From Candidatus Iainarchaeum sp. (lineage in GTDB: Archaea; Iainarchaeota; Iainarchaeia; Iainarchaeales; CSSED10-239): DNA of 32,000 bases. The notes under the pieces were generated by a model. That model saw nothing but the letters and a program-made list of their open reading frames with translations. It did not search any database and was not told the DNA's origin. The DNA is taken from the NCBI GenBank assembly GCA_037441475.1, contig JBBISB010000001.1, positions 637,465 through 669,464 on the forward strand, in the 5' to 3' direction. The position numbers were made by a program, and so were the translations under genes. How positions within the stretch are numbered: position 1 is the stretch's first letter; the number at the start of each line of letters is the position of its first letter. This document shows positions 14,875 to 22,786 of the stretch, piece by piece.

Positions 14875-17673
14875 ATGAAGAAAATAAAAAATAAATTAGT
14901 TATTAAAAAAAAAGAGAAGAAAGATATGAATAAAAATAAAAAAGCCCAGGTCTCAATAGAGATGATAATTATTTTATCTGTTTTAATTTTAGGGGCAGTA
15001 GTATTTGCATCTTTACTTCTAGGCTTTTTTAATAAAAGTGTTGATAGAAACACAGATGTTGATGATGTAGCAAGTAATACTGTTAATAGCTTCATTAAAG
15101 ATCTTGTAAATTATAATGATAGTAATAATCAAACCACTCCAAGTCCAACACCAATATTTTATAATCTAGTATTAACTCCAAACAATCCTTCTTTTGGAAC
15201 AGCAAACACCTCTGGTAGTTATCAGTCAGGGTCTTTAGTAACTGTTACAGCAACTCCTAGTGCAGGTTATTCTTTTGTAAACTGGACAATCACTTCAACA
15301 GGTGTGGTTGCAAGTACAAATGCAAGTTATTCTTTTAATATGCCTTCAAGTAATTTAAGCTTATCAGCAAACTTTGTTTTAGCCCCTCCTACAAACTGTA
15401 CTTTAACCTTAAACAGAAATCCTGTTTCAGGTGGAACAGTTTCAGGCGCAGGGACTTTTCCTTGTAATTCTTCTGTGACAGCAACAGCAACTCCTGCAAT
15501 TAACTATGCTTTCACTAATTGGACAACAACAAGTGGGACTGTTACAACAAACCATTATACTTTTAATTTAAATTCTTCTCAAACATTAACAGCAAACTTT
15601 ACACCTTCTGCTTATAATCTTAATTTAACAAAATCAGGAAGTGGAACTGGAACTGTTACAAGTTCTCCTGTTGGTATATCTTGTGGTTCAAGTTGTACTA
15701 CAGCATCTTATGCTTTTCCTGTTAATCAACTTGTTACTTTAACAGCAACTGTTGTTAGTGGACATACTTTTGCAGGTTGGTCAGGGGATTGTTCAGGCAC
15801 AAATCAAACCTGTACTGTTACAATGTCTCAAGCAAGAAATGTAACTGCAACTTTTAATCTTCCAAACATATATTTATTATCTGTATCTAAAGAAAATCCG
15901 CTTGGTGGCTGGGTTGTAAGTTCTGGACCTACCCTAGGTATTAGTTGTGGTTCTGATTGTTCTGAAATTTATTCTTTAGGAGTTAATGTTTCTTTAACAA
16001 CAACAAATCTTCTTCCAGGTTATACTTTTGTTGAATGGAGAGATGCTTGTACAGGATCTGCAGCTATCTGTTCATTTACTATGGATGGTCCAAAATATGT
16101 AACTGCTGTTTTTGCTCCTATTAATCATACTTTAAATGTAAATAAAGTAAATCCTTCTTACGGTCTTGTACAGACTGTTTCTCCATCTACAGGAATTATC
16201 TGTGGTCTTGATTGCTCTGAAAGTTATTTTTATGGAACTAATGTTACTTTAAATGCTTCTGGTTTAAGTGGGGGAACTTTTGCAAGATGGTCTGGTGCTG
16301 GTTGTTCAGGCACAGATAACTGTATAGTTACAATGGATGCTGCAAAAACTGTAACTGCAACTTTTAATGCTCCTGTTTCAAATTATTTATTAACTGTTAA
16401 TAAGAATGGTACTGGTTCAGGAAGAGTTGTAAGTTCTACAATAGGTATTGATTGTGGAAGTACATGTTCTGCAAATTATGCTCAAGGAACAGTTATTAGT
16501 TTAACAGCTAATCCTGATGCAGGAAATACTTTTACTGGATGGTTAGGAGATTGTTCTGGAACTGGTCAATGTTTTGTGACTATGGATTCTGCAAAAAATG
16601 TTACTGCTGTATTTAATGCTACTAATTCATTCATTTCTAAATGGGTTACAAATAATTCTGAAGAAAGTAATTCTAATCAAATAAAATTACCGCTTGTTTC
16701 TTCTGGAACTTATAAATTTACAGTATATTGGGGAGATGGAACTACAAATACTATAACCACTTGGAATTCTTCAAATGCAACCCATACATACTCTTCACCT
16801 GGAGAGTACACAATATATATCTCAGGTGTAATAAATGGATTTTCATTTAATAATTCTGGAGATAAACTTAAATTAACTCAAATTTCAAAGTGGGGACCAT
16901 TAAGACTTGGAAATACAGGTTCTTATTTCTATGGTGCACAAAACCTAACAATAACTGCAACAGATGTTTTAGATTTAACTGGTACTACAAATTTATCTTT
17001 AATGTTTAGTAACTGTTCTTCAATAACAACAATTCCTTCTATTAATAGTTGGAATGTTTCAAATGTTACAAATATGGGATTTATGTTTTATTATGCAAGT
17101 CAGTTTAATAGTCCTTTAAATAATTGGAATGTTTCAAATGTAACGAATATGCAGAGTATGTTTTATGGTGCAACTAATTTCAACCAACCAATCGGAGATT
17201 GGAATGTTTCAAATGTAACGAATATGAGTAATATGTTTTCTTATGCAACTGCTTTCAACCAACCAATCGGTTCTTGGAATGTTTCAAAAGTAACTACAAT
17301 GCAAAGAATGTTTTTTCGTGCTTCTAATTTTAATAGACCTGTAGGAGATTGGAATGTTTCAAGTGTGAATAATATGGAAGGTATGTTTTTGAATGCATCT
17401 AGCTTTAATCAACCTCTTGGTAATTGGAATCCAATAAATGTAAATAATTTTTCAATGTTTATTTCTAATACCAGGTGTTGTATTTTATCTACTGCAAATT
17501 ATGATAATTTATTAATTGGATGGTCTTCTAAAAATTTGCAAAGAAATGTTAGATTAGATGTAGGTACAAGATATAGCTCAGCAGGTGAAACTGCAAGACA
17601 ATCAATTATAACTAACTATAATTGGTATATTCATGATAATGGTAAGCAGTGGTTAAAAATATTTATAAATTAA
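14875..17673 (+). CDS. class III signal peptide (type IV pilin-like) giant surface protein with 6 InlB-B-repeat-like domains (4 cysteine-containing), a PKD-like module and DUF285/BspA-like repeats
   Basis: ...NKNKKA|QVSIEMIIILSVLILGAVVFASLLL. Alternative start ATG 14926. Repeats span 15160-16617; the last four each contain GIxCGxxC...GW.G.C.G...C.VTM....VTA.F. Then WGDGTTN...THTYSSPGEYTIYISG and about 8 WNVSNVTNM..MF..A..FNQPI repeats. Confidence 0.85.
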   Translation: MKKIKNKLVIKKKEKKDMNKNKKAQVSIEMIIILSVLILGAVVFASLLLGFFNKSVDRNTDVDDVASNTVNSFIKDLVNYNDSNNQTTPSPTPIFYNLVLTPNNPSFGTANTSGSYQSGSLVTVTATPSAGYSFVNWTITSTGVVASTNASYSFNMPSSNLSLSANFVLAPPTNCTLTLNRNPVSGGTVSGAGTFPCNSSVTATATPAINYAFTNWTTTSGTVTTNHYTFNLNSSQTLTANFTPSAYNLNLTKSGSGTGTVTSSPVGISCGSSCTTASYAFPVNQLVTLTATVVSGHTFAGWSGDCSGTNQTCTVTMSQARNVTATFNLPNIYLLSVSKENPLGGWVVSSGPTLGISCGSDCSEIYSLGVNVSLTTTNLLPGYTFVEWRDACTGSAAICSFTMDGPKYVTAVFAPINHTLNVNKVNPSYGLVQTVSPSTGIICGLDCSESYFYGTNVTLNASGLSGGTFARWSGAGCSGTDNCIVTMDAAKTVTATFNAPVSNYLLTVNKNGTGSGRVVSSTIGIDCGSTCSANYAQGTVISLTANPDAGNTFTGWLGDCSGTGQCFVTMDSAKNVTAVFNATNSFISKWVTNNSEESNSNQIKLPLVSSGTYKFTVYWGDGTTNTITTWNSSNATHTYSSPGEYTIYISGVINGFSFNNSGDKLKLTQISKWGPLRLGNTGSYFYGAQNLTITATDVLDLTGTTNLSLMFSNCSSITTIPSINSWNVSNVTNMGFMFYYASQFNSPLNNWNVSNVTNMQSMFYGATNFNQPIGDWNVSNVTNMSNMFSYATAFNQPIGSWNVSKVTTMQRMFFRASNFNRPVGDWNVSSVNNMEGMFLNASSFNQPLGNWNPINVNNFSMFISNTRCCILSTANYDNLLIGWSSKNLQRNVRLDVGTRYSSAGETARQSIITNYNWYIHDNGKQWLKIFIN

Positions 17674-17722
17674 ACTATCTTAATATATATAGATATTTTT
17701 TTTAAAAAAAAGATGATTATAT

Positions 17723-18196
17723 ATGATAAACAAAAAAGGACAAGTCTCTATTGAGTTAATTATTTTAGTTGGTATGCTTATTATAGGTGCTGTTGTTTTA
17801 TCTGTTACTTTGATTAGTTCATATAAAAAAAATATAGAAACAACAGATGATACTGCAAAAAAACAAAGTAACCTTATAGATAATTTTGTAGAAGATCTTG
17901 ATGATGTTCAATCCGGAAACTCTGGAGGACAGATAAATCAATTTAGTGTTACTCTTACTAATCCACGTCCAATTAGTTATCCTCCTGGAAATGTATCTTT
18001 TAATATTTCATATGATTATAATGTAGGTCCAGTTACTTGTAATTGGGATTTAAGTTCTATGACATATGGAGAGCAAAATTTCCAAGGTTGTTCTACTTTA
18101 CGTAATTTAGGTTTAGGAGAATATACTGCAGATTACACAGTTACAGATGGTTCTAGCACTAGAACAGGGACTGTGTCCTTTAGAGTTAATAATTAA
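17723..18196 (+). CDS. small type IV pilin-like protein (class III signal peptide) with a PKD/Ig-like C-terminal domain
   Basis: MINKKG|QVSIELIILVGMLIIGAVVLSVTLI has a short canonical leader. The C-terminus ...CNWDL...LGLGEYTADYTVTDGSSTRTGTVSFRV resembles a PKD fold. A TTTATAAAT core lies 53 nt upstream. Confidence 0.8.
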   Translation: MINKKGQVSIELIILVGMLIIGAVVLSVTLISSYKKNIETTDDTAKKQSNLIDNFVEDLDDVQSGNSGGQINQFSVTLTNPRPISYPPGNVSFNISYDYNVGPVTCNWDLSSMTYGEQNFQGCSTLRNLGLGEYTADYTVTDGSSTRTGTVSFRVNN

Positions 18197-18210
18197 ATTA
18201 AAGATTTTTT

Positions 18211-18675
18211 ATGGACCAAACAAGTAGTGATTACCTTAAGCAAGCAATAGAGGCAATCCTCTTTTTATCCCCAAAATCTATTTCTTTATCAAAGATATAT
18301 GCCTCTTTTCCAAACATCCCAAAGAACATAATAGATATCCAGATAGATGACTTGATAAACAGTTATCAAAAAAGACAAACATCTTTAGAAATTGTAAAAG
18401 ATAACAATAAACTTGAAATTGTTGTAAAACCAGAGTTTCATTCCTTTAACATCTTTGCAACAGGAACAACTCTCTCAAAATCAGAGCTTAAGACCTTAGC
18501 CTTCATCTCTTTAAATGCCCCAGTAGAGCAAGCAAAGATAAGTAAGAAAAGACCTTTTGAAGATCTAAAGATATTAAAAGACCTAGATCTAATATCTATT
18601 GAAAAGAAGGGACGAAAGAATATCTTACAAACAACCAAAAAATTTTCTCTTCTCTTTAAAAATAAGAAAAAGTAA
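18211..18675 (+). CDS. scpB: segregation and condensation protein B (ScpB)
   Basis: N-terminal signature LKQAIEAILFLSPKSISLSKI (family consensus 'EAlLFas.epls'). The size fits a single or double wHTH protein. Starts 14 nt after the pilin-like gene stop. Confidence 0.8.
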   Translation: MDQTSSDYLKQAIEAILFLSPKSISLSKIYASFPNIPKNIIDIQIDDLINSYQKRQTSLEIVKDNNKLEIVVKPEFHSFNIFATGTTLSKSELKTLAFISLNAPVEQAKISKKRPFEDLKILKDLDLISIEKKGRKNILQTTKKFSLLFKNKKK

Positions 18676-18713
18676 CCTTTAAATAAATATAACTCTTATA
18701 TTTATTATATCTT

Positions 18714-21161
18714 ATGAATAAAACTATTTATGTGGTGAAAAATATTATGAAAAATAAATATATATTATTAATTTTACTTTTAGTTCTTTTAGTACCAAAC
18801 ATCTTTGCATTGGTACCAAATGCAAATATGAAGATATTTGCTGTTGCTGGAGATAAAGGAGCACAAGATGCAACCCTTAACATAAAGATTGTTCCTGGTG
18901 CCGGAAAGATATTCTCTTCAATAGATGAATCAATAGTAGGTTCATCCACCCAAGAGTCTTTTAAAAATGCAATTTCTGTTGCAAATAAAAATATTGGAAA
19001 CAACATACGTTCAAAGTATGATTTTACAGTTGATATTGAATCAAGTGCATACAGTATAGATGGGCCATCAGCAGGAGGAGCAATGGCTCTTTTAATAATT
19101 TCAATGTTTAAAGATACTCCAGTAAGTAATAAAGTAAGTATGACAGGAACAATTACAGCTGATGGTTATATAGGGGATGTTGGTGGAGTTTATCAAAAAA
19201 CAAAAAAAGCAGCTGAAGTAGGTATAAAGCTTTTCTTTGTTCCACAAGGTAACAGAACACAAGTTATTAATGAAGGTGGAAATATTCAGCAAATTGACCT
19301 TATTGAGTATGCTTACAAGGAATGGGGACTTAAGATAATAGAAGTTTCAACCATGGATGAAATCTTAGCTTACGCTTTTAGAGACATTGATTCAATAGAT
19401 ATAAATACTACTCAAAAAGAAAAAGTTGATGATTTTATTTATACCTCTATAAGTTATTCAAAAGCAGTTGAACCTTTTAAAGATGTTACTTATAATTACA
19501 TAAAACAAACTGATGAAAAGTTAGTTAATGTTAAAAAACACTTAGCTTCTTCAAGTATAAAAGATACTGAGGTTTTACAAAATCTATTATCTACCATAAA
19601 CTATTCTGAAGAACTTTTAAATGTTGCAAACAAATATTATCAATACAATTATTTTTATTCTGCAGCAAACAATTCATTTTTAGCATATGTAAATGTTATT
19701 ACTGTAGATGAGATTATAACAAACCCATCCATCTTAGCAGACTCTTCAATAATCTTTAACTTAAGGATTAAAGAGCTTGAAGAAAAGATAACCTTAACTG
19801 AAAATAGATCCTACAACTGTTCTCTTGAAAACCTAGAGTGGTGTGTTGGTGCAAGACAAAGAGTTACATGGGCAAGAGATAAACTTGAAAAAATAAGTGT
19901 GACTTCCACTTCTAATAATTTTACAAAAATACAAGATTATGCTTATGCTGTTGCATGGACAGATATTGCAAATAGTTTTTTAGACCTCTCAATTACAAAA
20001 ACAAATATTTATTTTGTAGAGTCAGGATATTTTAAAAAACAAGCACAAGATAATATAATCTCTGTTGAAAATCAATTGATATTAGTTGCACCAGAAATAG
20101 CAACTAGTGAAGACTTAAGAAGAAGACTTGATGCTGCTAAAAGAAACTATGATAGAGAATGGTATGTGACCTCTCTTTATGATTCAGCAACTGCTTTAGC
20201 TGTTATAAAAACACAAGAGGAAAATAAAAATACAATTTCAACAACAGCATTTACTGCAAAGTATGATCTTTTAGCCTCAAAGTTAAGATCTCAAGCAGCA
20301 ATGAATAATGAAAATAATGTTTGGTCAAAGACTTTCTTAGACCATGCCATCTATTATTATAATGCATATAATGAAAATAAAATGAAAGATGAAGAAAAAG
20401 CAAAATCAAATATGAATGTTTCAAACTCAATCTTAAATTTTTCAAACTACTTATATGATGTTGAGACTTTAGTTTTAGATTATTACCTTAATACAGATAT
20501 TGATGCTTTAATAGTTGATATTACAAGTTCAACAGAAGGTTCAGTTATAATTGTTAATAAAAATAATGAACCTATAAAACAAGTTTCTTCACAGAATGTA
20601 TATGTTTACAGTAAAGAAAGAAAAGACTTTAATCTTTATTTAATTGTTGCAGCTTTGTTCTTAATGATTGTAGCTATTATTGTTGAGGTTGAAAGGTTTA
20701 AAAGATACCATTCAAAGGAAGGAATAATAAAGCAAATAGGTTACTTAGATGAAAAGCTTCTTGATGGAAAGATTAGTTCTTTTACCTATAAGGAAATGAG
20801 AGAGAAGTATCTTTTAGAGCTTGAAAAAATAAAATCTAAAGAAGCATCTAAAAAGAAAGAGTTAAAGAAAACAGAAGATGTTTTAACCTCTGCAGATGAA
20901 CTTGAAAAAAGAGTAATTGATAAACAAATAGAGGAACTTGAAAGAAGAAGAAAAGAAATTTCTCTTAGAGGAAAAAGTGAATCTATTAAGAGTGTTAAAG
21001 AGATTGTTTCAAACATCAAGCCTACAGTTAAGGAAGATGTTAAAAAACAAGAAACTTTTAAAAAACCTTCTTTAAAAAAAGAAACTTCTTCTAAAAAAGA
21101 AGAAATTAAAAAAAAAGAAACTAAAAAGAAAAAGGATCTTTCAATTAAGAAAGGTCTTTAA
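18714..21161 (+). CDS. membrane-anchored Lon-type (S16) serine protease domain protein without an AAA+ module
   Basis: N-terminal hydrophobic signal/anchor KYILLILLLVLLVPNIFA (likely start ATG 18747). Lon proteolytic core with the catalytic Ser in SIDGPSAGGAMAL and the catalytic Lys in GGVYQKTKKAAEVG. About 430 aa helical region, a second TM (LYLIVAALFLMIVAIIVEV), then a K/E-rich tail. Confidence 0.8.
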   Translation: MNKTIYVVKNIMKNKYILLILLLVLLVPNIFALVPNANMKIFAVAGDKGAQDATLNIKIVPGAGKIFSSIDESIVGSSTQESFKNAISVANKNIGNNIRSKYDFTVDIESSAYSIDGPSAGGAMALLIISMFKDTPVSNKVSMTGTITADGYIGDVGGVYQKTKKAAEVGIKLFFVPQGNRTQVINEGGNIQQIDLIEYAYKEWGLKIIEVSTMDEILAYAFRDIDSIDINTTQKEKVDDFIYTSISYSKAVEPFKDVTYNYIKQTDEKLVNVKKHLASSSIKDTEVLQNLLSTINYSEELLNVANKYYQYNYFYSAANNSFLAYVNVITVDEIITNPSILADSSIIFNLRIKELEEKITLTENRSYNCSLENLEWCVGARQRVTWARDKLEKISVTSTSNNFTKIQDYAYAVAWTDIANSFLDLSITKTNIYFVESGYFKKQAQDNIISVENQLILVAPEIATSEDLRRRLDAAKRNYDREWYVTSLYDSATALAVIKTQEENKNTISTTAFTAKYDLLASKLRSQAAMNNENNVWSKTFLDHAIYYYNAYNENKMKDEEKAKSNMNVSNSILNFSNYLYDVETLVLDYYLNTDIDALIVDITSSTEGSVIIVNKNNEPIKQVSSQNVYVYSKERKDFNLYLIVAALFLMIVAIIVEVERFKRYHSKEGIIKQIGYLDEKLLDGKISSFTYKEMREKYLLELEKIKSKEASKKKELKKTEDVLTSADELEKRVIDKQIEELERRRKEISLRGKSESIKSVKEIVSNIKPTVKEDVKKQETFKKPSLKKETSSKKEEIKKKETKKKKDLSIKKGL

Positions 21162-22204
21162 TTTTTTTTAATTTTTAAATCCATTACAATCTGTACAGTT
21201 GTTGCAGAGAAGCTTCTAATTACCTTTTTATAGATAATCTCTATTTTACATTTATTTTTATTTTCTTTTTCTCTTATAATCTTTGTAATATCTTCAAATG
21301 GATTGTTTTTAGGTACAAAGTTATAGATATGTATTATTCCATTATTCTTTATTGAAAAGATTGCATCATCTAAAAAGTCTTCAGCTGATTTTGGAAGTGG
21401 CATTGGTATCCTATCAAAGTAATCTGGATACTGTTTAGAGACTTCTTTAACATCCCCTTCTATTCCATTAATGGTTTTTTCCATTTTATTAAATATTATG
21501 TTTTCTTTAAGGTATTTTGCTCCTAATGGGTTAAGCTCAATTGCAATTACCTCCTTTGGTTTTGCAAGCTTTGTTATCTGTATAGCAAAAGGTCCTACTC
21601 CTGCAAAGAAAACTCCAACCACTTCATTTTTTTTAACAAGGGAAGCTATTCTTTTTCTCTCTGTTGAAAGTCTTGAAGAATAGAACACTTTTTCTACATC
21701 TGTTTTAAGGAAACAACCGTTTTCCTGCACCATTGTTTCTTTACTGTTTTCTCCATAAACATAAGTTAAATCTTGGGTTCTAAAGGTTCCGTGATGTTCT
21801 TTTTCCTTATTAAGTATGGTTTTTATGCGTGGGTGTAAGGATATAAGTGCTTTTCCAATCTCTTTACTATATTTCTTTATTACTTCCTTATCGTCAATAT
21901 TAATTATTAAGATATCTCCAACAATATCATAAGAGGTTGGAAGTTTCTCTTTTATCTCTTTAGGTATTTTTTCTGAAAGTAGGTCTTTATACCCTAAGCC
22001 AATTTCTTTTTGTTTTTCTGGTTTTTTAATATCTATTTTTTCAAAGTTTTTTAAACTTTCAGTTATTTTTTTTACAGGTATGATTAAATGTTCTTTTTCT
22101 TTAATCACCTTATACTTTGAATTAAAGTTATTCTCTTCTTTTATCTTTGTGATTATTTCTTGTGCTTTTTTGTTTACAACTTTAATTCCTATTATTTTTT
22201 CCAT
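21158..22204 (-). CDS. trm5: tRNA (guanine37-N1)-methyltransferase, Trm5/Tyw2 (Met-10+) family
   Basis: SAM-binding motif VVGVFFAGVGPFAIQ, downstream IPMPLPKSAEDFL (equivalent of the 'NLP' motif), and family-typical length of 348 aa. Confidence 0.75.
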   Translation of the reverse strand: MEKIIGIKVVNKKAQEIITKIKEENNFNSKYKVIKEKEHLIIPVKKITESLKNFEKIDIKKPEKQKEIGLGYKDLLSEKIPKEIKEKLPTSYDIVGDILIINIDDKEVIKKYSKEIGKALISLHPRIKTILNKEKEHHGTFRTQDLTYVYGENSKETMVQENGCFLKTDVEKVFYSSRLSTERKRIASLVKKNEVVGVFFAGVGPFAIQITKLAKPKEVIAIELNPLGAKYLKENIIFNKMEKTINGIEGDVKEVSKQYPDYFDRIPMPLPKSAEDFLDDAIFSIKNNGIIHIYNFVPKNNPFEDITKIIREKENKNKCKIEIIYKKVIRSFSATTVQIVMDLKIKKN

Positions 22205-22220
22205 AACTGTATTTTCTCTT

Positions 22221-22595
22221 TTATATATATTTTACTTTTCTTCTCTCTAAAAGATCTTCAGGAGAGATACTGTAGTTAAGGTCATCTATTTTATTTGTAA
22301 TGTCTTTTATAATTTCTTTTTTTATTTCAAGGATATCTTTCTTTGTACATACTTTATTAAAAGTAATTTCAATTATTTTAAAGTTAATGGTTTTGGTTAA
22401 GGTGTAAAAAACATAACAAGTAGTTTTTTTAATTTTTTTAATATCTTCGTCTTGAATTTCAAGAATAATTTTCATTTTTTCTGTGTTTTTAAGGGTTATG
22501 TAATACTTTTCTTTAGTTTTAAGTAGAAATTTCTTATATTCCTTTTCAGAAATTTCAAACCTTGTAAACCCACCAAGCTTATATTCTTTACTCAT
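22221..22595 (-). CDS. hypothetical protein
   Basis: ORF directly upstream of, and on the same strand as, the trm5-like gene. No family recognised. Confidence 0.4.
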   Translation of the reverse strand: MSKEYKLGGFTRFEISEKEYKKFLLKTKEKYYITLKNTEKMKIILEIQDEDIKKIKKTTCYVFYTLTKTINFKIIEITFNKVCTKKDILEIKKEIIKDITNKIDDLNYSISPEDLLERRKVKYI

Positions 22596-22786
22596 TTTAT
22601 TCCTCTCTTTTAGTATGTATATATAAAAGAAGAATAGATTTTTATTCTATTCTGTTCTATAATAATATATATGAGTAAAACTAGATTAATTATAAGCGTT
22701 GTATCTGCATCTTTTTTACTATCTGTAATTCCTGCAAAAAAGATGATTGATAGTAACATAAAAAAAGCTTTTCAAAAGAAGCAACA

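Noticed and set aside
12957-17673. Mobile element, transposon or integrase at the borders of the adhesin insertion
   Set aside because: No transposase or integrase ORF, no terminal inverted repeats and no tRNA-adjacent att-like duplication were seen. Only the 16-nt tandem duplication at 14761-14792 and the promoter duplication are present, and both are internal to the cluster.
21158-21161. Convergent Lon-like and trm5-like genes share the palindrome TTAA as overlapping stop codons; the same 4-nt overlap occurs at 25661-25664 for the GT2 and GT-C genes
   Set aside because: This is real, but it is an expected by-product of extreme gene packing in an AT-rich genome. No further signal is present.
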